Assembly (NCBI GenBank): GCA_038063715.1
Contig: JBBTUO010000007.1
Span: forward strand, 1,540 to 65,539
Source: Patescibacteria group bacterium
Lineage (GTDB): Bacteria; Patescibacteriota; Minisyncoccia; Phycocordibacterales; SIBU01
Direction: 5' to 3'
Length of the DNA: 64,000 nt
Shown: positions 54,912 to 63,064 of the stretch, piece after piece
Numbering within the stretch: the first letter of the stretch is position 1
Layout of the letters: each line of letters opens with the position of its first letter
Translations under genes and position numbers: made by a program
Notes under the pieces: model-generated
What the model saw: the letters and a program-made list of their open reading frames with translations, nothing else
The model's database searches: none
Told to the model about the DNA's origin: nothing

Positions 54912-56654
54912 ATGCCCATGTCATACACAGATCAAAAAGAAAATCTTAATAAAACCGTCTGGCGATTAGTACCGAACGCACCGTCGGTTTTATCTGATGA
55001 CCCCGATTTCCTGATAGAAGAGGTCAGTGAGGTTTTCAACCTAACTATGGGAGAAATCGGTGAACTTTGCGAACTTGTCAGACAAGTTATCACAAAGGAA
55101 TTGCCGGTTGAAAAATTTGGTGAGGGCTTGAAAGAAAAACTGGACGAAGAGAACCGATCAAGAGTAGGGGAGATCGTGTGGGAAGTGAATGACAAAGTAT
55201 TCGTAAAGCTTTTGCCAGTACTCGGGATGAAGGCGTTACCAATCGTAGCAAGACCAGCCGCACCAGTAGCACCTGTTACCGAGCCAGCAACAACCCCAGA
55301 AGTAACAAAAACCCGTCCATCTGATGGGCCGACCTCTTCATCTCAAACCGCACCAGTTTTCCAAACAACTAAAAGCTCACAACTAAAAACCGCTCTGCCT
55401 GTCCCTCCCCGCACCGTCCCGCTATCAACTAACAACTATCAACTAAAGACTGTCTCTAACCCTTACCGCCTACCGACAGCTCCTCCCACCTTTGCCGCCC
55501 CAGTTTCTCAGCTCTCCTCCCCGCTCCCGACCCCTAAACCATCAACTGTCGACTATCAACCACCAACTAATACTGTCACCCCGACCCCAATCATCCCGAA
55601 GCCTCGCCCTCAATTTATCGCTCCAAAACTATCCTCCCCAGTCTCTACCCGGGCCAATTTTTCTCCCTCCAAGCCTGCTTCTCCAGTTCCCATCAGAATT
55701 CAAACCCCTTCAAACTCAACTCCAAACCCTCGACCATCTCTCGTTGAGCCTTCCCACAAAAGTCTTTCAGAAAATCCTACTGACTCGTTCCTAAAAATGC
55801 TCTCAGGAAAACTGAGCGAGAAAGAATTACAAACTCGTTTTGATAAATTACCCTATGCACTGAAAACTGCCCTCCGCAGTGTGGATTCGGCGCGAGTAGT
55901 AGTAGACATTGGAAGAAAGTATGCTTTGCACGTAGACAAACTCGGCGAGCTTGGAGAAGAGACCGGTCTTGTGATACTTGGAATCACTCATCCAGGAGAA
56001 TTTCTTGGTCGTCTAAGCAGAAAACTAGGTGTTAGTGAAGACAAAACCCGACTTATCGCACAGGAAATCAATACTGAAATCCTCCTAAAAATCCGTGACG
56101 CTCTAAAACAGGTCAACGGTGAACCGATACTCGCAAGACAGCCATCAACTGAATCATCAACAAAAAGAGAAATGCAACAACAAAATCCAAGCACAAACAA
56201 AGGTTCGACCTTTGTAAAAAAGGAAAGGGAGGAGATTCCAAGTCGCGAATCTCTCCTGAAAGACATTGAGGACCCCGCCTTACCGCAGGAATATGAGAGT
56301 ATGCCAAATCGTGACTCACTATTAAGGGATATTGAAAACCCAACACCGACAAACTACACGCCGATGCGCTCTCAAAGCATGTCCTACGCCCCTGAGCCCC
56401 CTCGTGATATTCCACCGCCCGTTCCACAAATAGCCGAGGAAGCTCCTGAACCAGTGGCCCAAGCCCAAACAGTGGTAACTCCCGTACAGGTTACGCCAAT
56501 TAAGACCCGCCCAACCGAGGTGGCGCCTGAGCCAACTAGCACTACTCCTGACACCCCTAAAAACATTGTGGATCAGAAACTTTCCAATACGGTTGTGTCG
56601 CCGAAATCGCAAAGTAGTTATTCGAGTGATCCGTATCGTGAACCGCTTAGTTAA
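54912..56654 (+). CDS. Proline-rich hypothetical protein
   Basis: 580 aa. Structured N-terminal ~110 aa, then a long P/T/S/A-rich low-complexity region, then a C-terminal ~150 aa with periodic acidic motifs. Confidence 0.4.
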   Translation: MPMSYTDQKENLNKTVWRLVPNAPSVLSDDPDFLIEEVSEVFNLTMGEIGELCELVRQVITKELPVEKFGEGLKEKLDEENRSRVGEIVWEVNDKVFVKLLPVLGMKALPIVARPAAPVAPVTEPATTPEVTKTRPSDGPTSSSQTAPVFQTTKSSQLKTALPVPPRTVPLSTNNYQLKTVSNPYRLPTAPPTFAAPVSQLSSPLPTPKPSTVDYQPPTNTVTPTPIIPKPRPQFIAPKLSSPVSTRANFSPSKPASPVPIRIQTPSNSTPNPRPSLVEPSHKSLSENPTDSFLKMLSGKLSEKELQTRFDKLPYALKTALRSVDSARVVVDIGRKYALHVDKLGELGEETGLVILGITHPGEFLGRLSRKLGVSEDKTRLIAQEINTEILLKIRDALKQVNGEPILARQPSTESSTKREMQQQNPSTNKGSTFVKKEREEIPSRESLLKDIEDPALPQEYESMPNRDSLLRDIENPTPTNYTPMRSQSMSYAPEPPRDIPPPVPQIAEEAPEPVAQAQTVVTPVQVTPIKTRPTEVAPEPTSTTPDTPKNIVDQKLSNTVVSPKSQSSYSSDPYREPLS

Positions 56655-56775
56655 ATTATACGAAAATACGAATGAAGACGAATATACGAACATATACGAA
56701 AGGGGAAGGGGTGCGAGATTCATTTTTCGTGACCATTTCGTATATTCGTACAATTCGTATTTTCGTATATTAATT
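56655..56775. promoter_or_regulatory. Large inverted repeat of TACGAA / TTCGTA repeats around a G-rich centre (AGGGGAAGGGGTGCG)
   Basis: Left arm ATTATACGAAAATACGAATGAAGACGAATATACGAACATATACGAA. Right arm TTTTTCGTGACCATTTCGTATATTCGTACAATTCGTATTTTCGTATATTAAT. Related elements lie upstream of 58094 and 61119. Confidence 0.6.
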
Positions 56776-56776
56776 T

Positions 56777-57208
56777 ATGAGATTTCAAGTCCCCCAATTC
56801 ATCGAGGTTGAAGATAAAATCTTCGGCCCGCTCACATTAAAACAGTTCATCTACCTAGCCGGTGGGGGAGGGTTGTCATTTGTGATATATACCTATCTAA
56901 ACTTTTTTATTGCCATATTTTTAATTGTTCCTATAGTAATTCTTGCTGTTGCCCTCGCGTTTTACAAAGTAAATAACCGCGGATTTATAAACGTACTGGA
57001 GTCTGGTTTTCAATATATTCTTTCCAACAAACTCTACATCTGGAAAAAAATGCCCAAAAAACCTGACGCCAAAACTCAAGAGCAAGCCTCTGCAACACCC
57101 GTGTATGTTCCAAAACTTTCTGATAGTAAACTCAAGGATTTAACGTGGAGTTTGGATATCAATGACAGTACTAACCCAGGAGCGTCGGAAACCATGCATA
57201 GCCGCTAG
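56777..57208 (+). CDS. Small two-TM membrane protein (possible VirB3/TcpE-like T4SS component)
   Basis: 143 aa. Two adjacent hydrophobic helices (LAGGGGLSFVIYTYLNFFIAIFLIVPIVILAVALAFY) and a hydrophilic tail. The assignment rests on architecture only. Confidence 0.35.
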   Translation: MRFQVPQFIEVEDKIFGPLTLKQFIYLAGGGGLSFVIYTYLNFFIAIFLIVPIVILAVALAFYKVNNRGFINVLESGFQYILSNKLYIWKKMPKKPDAKTQEQASATPVYVPKLSDSKLKDLTWSLDINDSTNPGASETMHSR

Positions 57209-57341
57209 ACACAAAGGTGCATGCGTCAATTTCTAAGTCCTAATATCTAATTTCTAATCAAAGATCTGGGTTAGATATTAGAAATTATAATTTAGAAATT
57301 TTGCACAATTCACCAGTAGATATATCTGATATAATAAATCA

Positions 57342-57995
57342 ATGGCAACCAGTGCAAACAGCAAGGCCACGCAGGAATTCGTCCCCATCAAAGAAGTCCG
57401 GGATGGGATTGTCGTTCTGAAGGACGGCTCTTTTCGTGCCGTGCTCATGACCTCATCCTTAAACTTCGCGCTGAAATCGGAAGAGAACCAAAATGCAATT
57501 ATTTCACAATTTCAAAATTTTCTAAACTCTCTTGATTTCTCTATACAACTTTTCATTCAATCGAGAAGGCTCGATATCAGACCCTACATCGGACTACTAG
57601 AAGGGCGTTACAAAGAGCAAGCTACCGACCTAATGAAAATTCAAACTCGGGAATACATAGAATTCATAAAGAATTTTACTGAAAACTCGAGCATAATGAC
57701 GAAAACCTTTTTTGTCGTCGTGCCGTATGCATCTGCACCAATCCAAGCGCAGGGGGGCGTGGTGGAAATGGCAGGTAAGTTTATGACGCGGAAAACCGCA
57801 GAAGAGAAGGTTCAGAAAAAACAAGATACATTTGAAGAAAACCGTAGCCAGCTCTTACAGAGAATGTCTGTTGTTGAACAAGGTTTAATGCGGTGCGGTA
57901 TACGAGGGGTTCAGCTCGGCACCGAGGAAGTGGTAGAATTGTTTTATAAGATTTTCAACCCGGGCGATACCGAGAAGCCGATACAGATAAACTAG
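57342..57995 (+). CDS. Hypothetical protein, resembles N-terminal region of VirB4/TraC-type proteins
   Basis: EFVPIKEVRDGIVVLKDGSFRAVLMTSSLNFALKSEENQNAIISQFQNFLNSLDFSIQLFIQSRRLD parallels the N-terminus of the adjacent VirB4-like protein. Confidence 0.4.
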   Translation: MATSANSKATQEFVPIKEVRDGIVVLKDGSFRAVLMTSSLNFALKSEENQNAIISQFQNFLNSLDFSIQLFIQSRRLDIRPYIGLLEGRYKEQATDLMKIQTREYIEFIKNFTENSSIMTKTFFVVVPYASAPIQAQGGVVEMAGKFMTRKTAEEKVQKKQDTFEENRSQLLQRMSVVEQGLMRCGIRGVQLGTEEVVELFYKIFNPGDTEKPIQIN

Positions 57996-58093
57996 TATCA
58001 ATGCTAATATACTAATGATACGAATGGGGAAGTTGCATTTGATTGGTATAATTAGTATGAATTCGTATATTGGTATCGCTACATAAAATAATC

Positions 58094-59914
58094 ATGAGCT
58101 TTTTAAGCAATTTATTCGGTAAAAAGGAAAAGACTCCTGATATAGCATCAATTCTTCCGCAGGAAATCTACGAGGCTGGTGTTTTGGAATTGAAAGATGT
58201 TATTGCTCCTTCGGCACTACAAATTAGTCCGAGATCCATCAACTTGGGGGATAAAATTGTCCGTACTTTTTTTGTCATTTCCTATCCTCGTTTTCTTTCG
58301 GCAGGTTGGTTTTCGCCGATTATCAATCTGGACAAGGTGTTCGACATCTCGATTTTCGTGCACCCGATTGATACAGTCACAGTGCTTCGTCAATTCCAGA
58401 AAAAAGTGGCCGAGGTGCAAAGCCAAATCGGCCAACGCCAGAAAAAGGGTCTGGTCCGAGATCCTATGCTCGACACCGCATACCAAGACCTTGAGCGTCT
58501 TCGTGACAACCTGATGCAGGCTCAAGAAAAGCTTTTTGATGTTGGTTTATATATTTCAATTTATGCAGACAACCAGGAAGAGCTCGACAAAATCGAGTCT
58601 GAAATAAAATCGCTTTTGGAATCAAAATTAATTTATCTAAAACCGGCCTTATTCCAGCAAGAACAAGGGTTCAAAAGTGTCATGCCGACCGCAACTGATC
58701 AGCTTTTGATCCACTCAAAACTCAACTCCGCGCCGCTTTCGTCCCTTTTCCCATTTACTTCTTTCGACCTCACATCAGATAAAGGTATTTTGTATGGGAT
58801 CAACAGACACAACTCGTCCTTGGTACTTTTCGACAGATTTAGTCTAGAAAACTACAACTCCATCACATTTGCTAAGTCTGGTTCAGGAAAAAGTTACAAT
58901 ACCAAACTCGAAATATTACGAACACTGATGTTCGATACTGAGGTTATCGTTATTGATCCTGAGAGGGAATATGAATACATGGCCGAGGCGACTGGCGGAA
59001 AATATTTTACCATTTCTCTCAACTCAAGCCACCACATCAACCCTTTTGATTTGCCGATGCCAACCGAAACTGAATCTTCGGCAGATGTCTTGCGATCAAA
59101 CATCATCAACCTGGTCGGACTGTTTAGAATTATGCTCGGAGGCCTTAACCCCGAAGAAGACGCCTTGATTGACCGTGCAATTAGTGAAACCTACGCACTA
59201 AAAGACATCACTCCTGATTCGGACTTTAGAAATGTGGAACCACCACTTCTTTCAGATTTTGAATTGGTGCTCGCCGGCATGGAAGGGGCAGATTCCCTTG
59301 TTCAGCGTTTGAGTAAATACACTCGAGGCACATGGGCTGGATTTATCAACAAACCTTCAAATATCGACATCGACAGTAAATTCATCGTATTTTCACTCCG
59401 TGACATGGAGGACGAGCTTAAGCCTGTCGCCATGTATATCGTAACTCACTATATCTGGAACGCGATCAGGAAAAATTTGAAAAAACGCCTTTTGGTCATT
59501 GATGAGGCGTGGTGGATGATGAAATCAGAAGACACAGCATCCTTCTTGCTCGGACTTGCAAAAAGAGGGCGAAAATATTTCTTGGGACTTTCTACAATTA
59601 CTCAGGACGTCGACGACTTCCTAAAATCTCCCTACGGTCTACCGATAATCACCAACTCATCTATCCAAATGCTCCTAAAGCAGTCGCCATCCTCGATTGA
59701 TCGGGTGCAAAAAGTGTTTAATCTTACCGACGAAGAAAAATATCTACTGCTTGAATGTGACGTGGGCGAAGGAATATTCTTTGTCGGACTAAAACACGTA
59801 GCCCTAAAGGTTATCGCTTCGTACACAGAGGACCAAATTATTACATCTGATCCATCTCAACTCTTAGCCATTAAACAGGCCAAGAAAGAACTGGAAGCGG
59901 CTCAGGGCGCATAA
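58094..59914 (+). CDS. VirB4/TrbE/TraC-type conjugal-transfer (type IV secretion) ATPase
   Basis: Walker A KSGSGKSYN...EVIVIDPEREY. Walker B-like LLVIDEAWWMM. Overall VirB4 layout. The ORF track starts at a TTG at 58070; the ATG at 58094 is more likely. Confidence 0.8.
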   Translation: MSFLSNLFGKKEKTPDIASILPQEIYEAGVLELKDVIAPSALQISPRSINLGDKIVRTFFVISYPRFLSAGWFSPIINLDKVFDISIFVHPIDTVTVLRQFQKKVAEVQSQIGQRQKKGLVRDPMLDTAYQDLERLRDNLMQAQEKLFDVGLYISIYADNQEELDKIESEIKSLLESKLIYLKPALFQQEQGFKSVMPTATDQLLIHSKLNSAPLSSLFPFTSFDLTSDKGILYGINRHNSSLVLFDRFSLENYNSITFAKSGSGKSYNTKLEILRTLMFDTEVIVIDPEREYEYMAEATGGKYFTISLNSSHHINPFDLPMPTETESSADVLRSNIINLVGLFRIMLGGLNPEEDALIDRAISETYALKDITPDSDFRNVEPPLLSDFELVLAGMEGADSLVQRLSKYTRGTWAGFINKPSNIDIDSKFIVFSLRDMEDELKPVAMYIVTHYIWNAIRKNLKKRLLVIDEAWWMMKSEDTASFLLGLAKRGRKYFLGLSTITQDVDDFLKSPYGLPIITNSSIQMLLKQSPSSIDRVQKVFNLTDEEKYLLLECDVGEGIFFVGLKHVALKVIASYTEDQIITSDPSQLLAIKQAKKELEAAQGA

Positions 59915-60003
59915 CACACAACATGGAGCATGTAACACAGGAAACCGAATTTTTGCTTTCTTTAGTGGTACGTGTTGTGTGCTCCATGTTCCATGTCTAA
60001 CCT

Positions 60004-60996
60004 ATGGCGGAAGAAAAAGAAAAAAAAGTTGGCGGAGAAAATATCAGCAACACCGAGTGGGGGATGGTAATTTTTGTTCTCCTCATCATCGATGGGATAC
60101 AAATCGGTCTTAATTTTGCTTTTTTGTCGGGGGTGATTATAAACCGCTTCCTTGATATGGGTATAGGTCTCGCGTGGAGCACCTATTTAAAATTACGTGG
60201 AGTAAAACTAGATGCAAAAAAAATCGTGAGTATAGGAGCGACCTTCGGACTTGAGATGTTACCCGGAATAGATATGCTCCCGCTGTGGACCCTAGACGGA
60301 ATCTTAATATTTGCTTTAGTAAAAGCGGAAAAGGAGCTCAAAAAGGTGGCAAAGGTGGCTATAGCTGTGGCGGCAGTGGCACTTGCACCTGAGACCGGTG
60401 GAGCTTCGGTTGCAGCTGCTGGAGCCGCCGAAGGCGCTGTTGCAGCCGGAGCTGAAGGAGCTGCTGCTGGAGCAGAGGGCGTTGCGGCAGAAGGGGCTGG
60501 TGGTGAGGTGGGTGGAGAAGGCGGCCCGTCTGACGAGTATGCCGACTCTATGGGTCAAGAAAGTGCTGACCCAGAAGCCGGTGACGGTTCTGAAAACCTA
60601 GGAGAAGAAGGGGGGCAGGGTGATGAGAATAATGACATATCGGATGAAGAGGCGGACGATCTTGGAGAAGATTCTGATAATACATTAGAGGAAAGGGAAA
60701 ACGAAACTCCCGCGGACAAAGCAAAAAGGGAAGAAGGGGAAGGAAAAAATAAAAGGCGTAATAGGCAGAAAAAATCACAGCAAGGGCAAGGAGGATCATT
60801 GTTCGGTGGTGGACAAAGAGAAGGAGAGGGTGGGGGTACAGGGGCTGACCCTCTAAATTTGCGCGACAATTCCGGTAGAAATGCAAACAATAGGGATAAC
60901 CTAAAAACCAGAAGTAACCTATTAGACCTCTCTCTGTCCTACGGCGCCAGAAAGAAACAAAAGGACGACGCGGACGAACAAAGCTTTTCAGCGTAG
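60004..60996 (+). CDS. Hypothetical membrane protein with acidic Gly/Ala/Glu-rich low-complexity tail
   Basis: Two hydrophobic helices in the first 100 aa, then AAGAAEGAVAAGAEG repeats and a D/E-rich tail. Confidence 0.4.
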   Translation: MAEEKEKKVGGENISNTEWGMVIFVLLIIDGIQIGLNFAFLSGVIINRFLDMGIGLAWSTYLKLRGVKLDAKKIVSIGATFGLEMLPGIDMLPLWTLDGILIFALVKAEKELKKVAKVAIAVAAVALAPETGGASVAAAGAAEGAVAAGAEGAAAGAEGVAAEGAGGEVGGEGGPSDEYADSMGQESADPEAGDGSENLGEEGGQGDENNDISDEEADDLGEDSDNTLEERENETPADKAKREEGEGKNKRRNRQKKSQQGQGGSLFGGGQREGEGGGTGADPLNLRDNSGRNANNRDNLKTRSNLLDLSLSYGARKKQKDDADEQSFSA

Positions 60997-61118
60997 TTAC
61001 ACTAGTAGCGATGCCGATATACGAATGAATGCTAATTATACAAATGGAGAAGGGCGGGATTCGTATCATTAGAACAATTAGTATATTAGTATCGATACTT
61101 TGTGGTAAAATAATAACC

Positions 61119-62153
61119 ATGAATAGCCTCGTTACAACACTCCTAATGTCGCTGGTTTTTACACCACTAATCACAAGTGCTCAAAACTTCCAAAACCTTG
61201 GCGGGGGACAGACCAGCAGCAACATCACTGCCCAAGTCACACCAGAAAAACCGCTACCAAACCAATTTGTAACCGTCACTGTCGAAAATTACTCGACTGA
61301 CATAAATCGAGCAAACATATCTTGGTTCCTCAACGGCAAAATGGAAAAAGAAGGTGTTGGCGAAAAAAGCTTTCTTTTTAAGACTGGTGCGCCAGGTAGC
61401 GTATCGAACATTTTGATTGTAATCAAAACAACGGAAGGTGAGACCTTGCAACACGTGCTCAACATCAGACCAGGAGCGCTCGACCTTGTGTGGGAAGCGC
61501 AATCCTATACACCACCGTTCTACAAAGGGAAGGCTCTATATCCATATCAAGGCACAGTGAAAGTAGTAGCGCTACCAAACATAGTGAACGAAAACGGGGA
61601 GATTATAAATAGTAAAAATCTTGTATATACATGGAGTGTGAACGGTGGTACGGTAGCAAGCGTATCAGGATATGGAAAAAATTTTATATACTACAACGGT
61701 ACAATACCTATCAACTCCACCGCAATATCCGTAGAGGCGTCGTCTTTAGACAAAAAGTACAGCGCGGGTGGATCTATATCACTCGAACCACAAGCCCCCC
61801 TTGCCCTTTTCTACGAGGACAGTCCAATTTATGGTTTGTTGTATAATAAAGTCTTGGGAACAAGCGAGACCCTAAAAAATGAGGAGATTAAAATCGTGGC
61901 TATCCCATATTTTGTCGGGGTAAAAGAAAGAGAGGGGAGCGGATTACTCTACGAGTGGCGATTGAATAGTAATTTGGTAAATTCCGTTAAAGGTCTCAGC
62001 AGTTTAACCTTTAAACAAGAAAATGATGCCAAGGGCACCGCTTCGGTTTCACTCCAAGTTTCCAACCCCGCAAGAATGTTCCAGTTTGCAAACAATGATC
62101 TCTCGATTACATTTGGACAAATTTCAGGTATAAACCTCTTTCCAACACAATAA
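61119..62153 (+). CDS. Hypothetical secreted protein
   Basis: Signal peptide MNSLVTTLLMSLVFTPLITSAQ. Beta-rich composition. The ORF track begins at 61029, upstream, but the signal peptide favours 61119. The stop overlaps the next start (TAATG). Confidence 0.4.
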   Translation: MNSLVTTLLMSLVFTPLITSAQNFQNLGGGQTSSNITAQVTPEKPLPNQFVTVTVENYSTDINRANISWFLNGKMEKEGVGEKSFLFKTGAPGSVSNILIVIKTTEGETLQHVLNIRPGALDLVWEAQSYTPPFYKGKALYPYQGTVKVVALPNIVNENGEIINSKNLVYTWSVNGGTVASVSGYGKNFIYYNGTIPINSTAISVEASSLDKKYSAGGSISLEPQAPLALFYEDSPIYGLLYNKVLGTSETLKNEEIKIVAIPYFVGVKEREGSGLLYEWRLNSNLVNSVKGLSSLTFKQENDAKGTASVSLQVSNPARMFQFANNDLSITFGQISGINLFPTQ

Positions 62154-63061
62154 TGTTAAAAAAAAATAAAATCTATCTTAGTATTTTCACCCTAACTTCT
62201 TTTTTCGTATTGCTTTTAGTAACCTTGTCATTCCCAGTTCTTTCGGTCAATGCCCAGGGATATATACCCCTAGCGCCGATTCCGGGAACAACAAACGCTG
62301 GAGACACAGGTACACAGGTTTTAGCCACCTACCTCACCGGAATATTTAAAATAGGAATCGCGGTTGCCGGCGCTCTAGCCTTTCTTATGATTGTCCTAGG
62401 TGGATTCCAATACCTCTCTACCGATGCCCTGACAGGCAAAGAGGAGGGGAAAGAGAGAGTAACTCATGCTGTGGGTGGATTAATCTTAGCTCTAGTCTCT
62501 TTTATTATTTTAAACACAATTAATCCAAAGTTGGTGGCGCTAAATCTTGATTTTGGACCTGGTGCCAACCCAGCAACAGGTCTTTCCACACCAGCAAATC
62601 TTGTTTCCCCCAATACAGACCCCACGGAACTTGAAGCTTTGAGGGCCCAAGCTAGAGGAGTCATTTCAGCAAATGTAAACGGTCGTATTCAGGCCTTAGC
62701 GGACAAGGAAAGAACCGGCACCTTAACCCCCGAAGAGGAACAAGAAAAGGTGGAGCTTGAGATAATAAGAGAGGGCACCGTGACAATGAATAGAATTAAT
62801 ATAGAACAAACCAACATACTCACGGCATTAAATAGAAATGGTCTGCCTTCAACTAGAGCTAGAGAGGCTAGAGAGGCTGTAGAAATATTGAGAGGCGAGG
62901 TTAACAATCGTATAGCAGCAATGGCGGCAGATGGTGCGACCGTAGCACAAATGGCCACTGTCCGGCGGTACTTTGATCGAGCTGTACAGTTAATAGAAAG
63001 ATGTATCGGATTTAGACAGAATGGCCCAGATAGTCCAAATTTCAACTCAAGCTGCAGATAA
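62153..63061 (+). CDS. Pilin-like (VirB2/TrbC-like architecture) membrane protein with C-terminal coiled-coil extension
   Basis: Signal peptide, then two hydrophobic helices separated by a short loop (IFKIGIAVAGALAFLMIVLGGFQYL ... AVGGLILALVSFIILNTINP). Architecture-based only. Confidence 0.35.
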   Translation: MLKKNKIYLSIFTLTSFFVLLLVTLSFPVLSVNAQGYIPLAPIPGTTNAGDTGTQVLATYLTGIFKIGIAVAGALAFLMIVLGGFQYLSTDALTGKEEGKERVTHAVGGLILALVSFIILNTINPKLVALNLDFGPGANPATGLSTPANLVSPNTDPTELEALRAQARGVISANVNGRIQALADKERTGTLTPEEEQEKVELEIIREGTVTMNRINIEQTNILTALNRNGLPSTRAREAREAVEILRGEVNNRIAAMAADGATVAQMATVRRYFDRAVQLIERCIGFRQNGPDSPNFNSSCR

Positions 63062-63064
63062 TAT

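Noticed and set aside
37511-58072. TTG start codons proposed by the ORF track for pnp (37511), the 39732 gene, the 48304 gene and the VirB4-like gene (58070)
   Set aside because: In each case an in-frame ATG lies 2-14 codons downstream at a more plausible N-terminus (MRKQEYSIELGG for pnp, MSFLSNLFGKK for VirB4). ATG starts are used in the feature table.
60548-61174. 208-aa minus-strand ORF 60548..61174
   Set aside because: It is antisense to the acidic-tail membrane protein gene and to the downstream promoter region. Its composition is driven by the GA-rich repeats on the plus strand.
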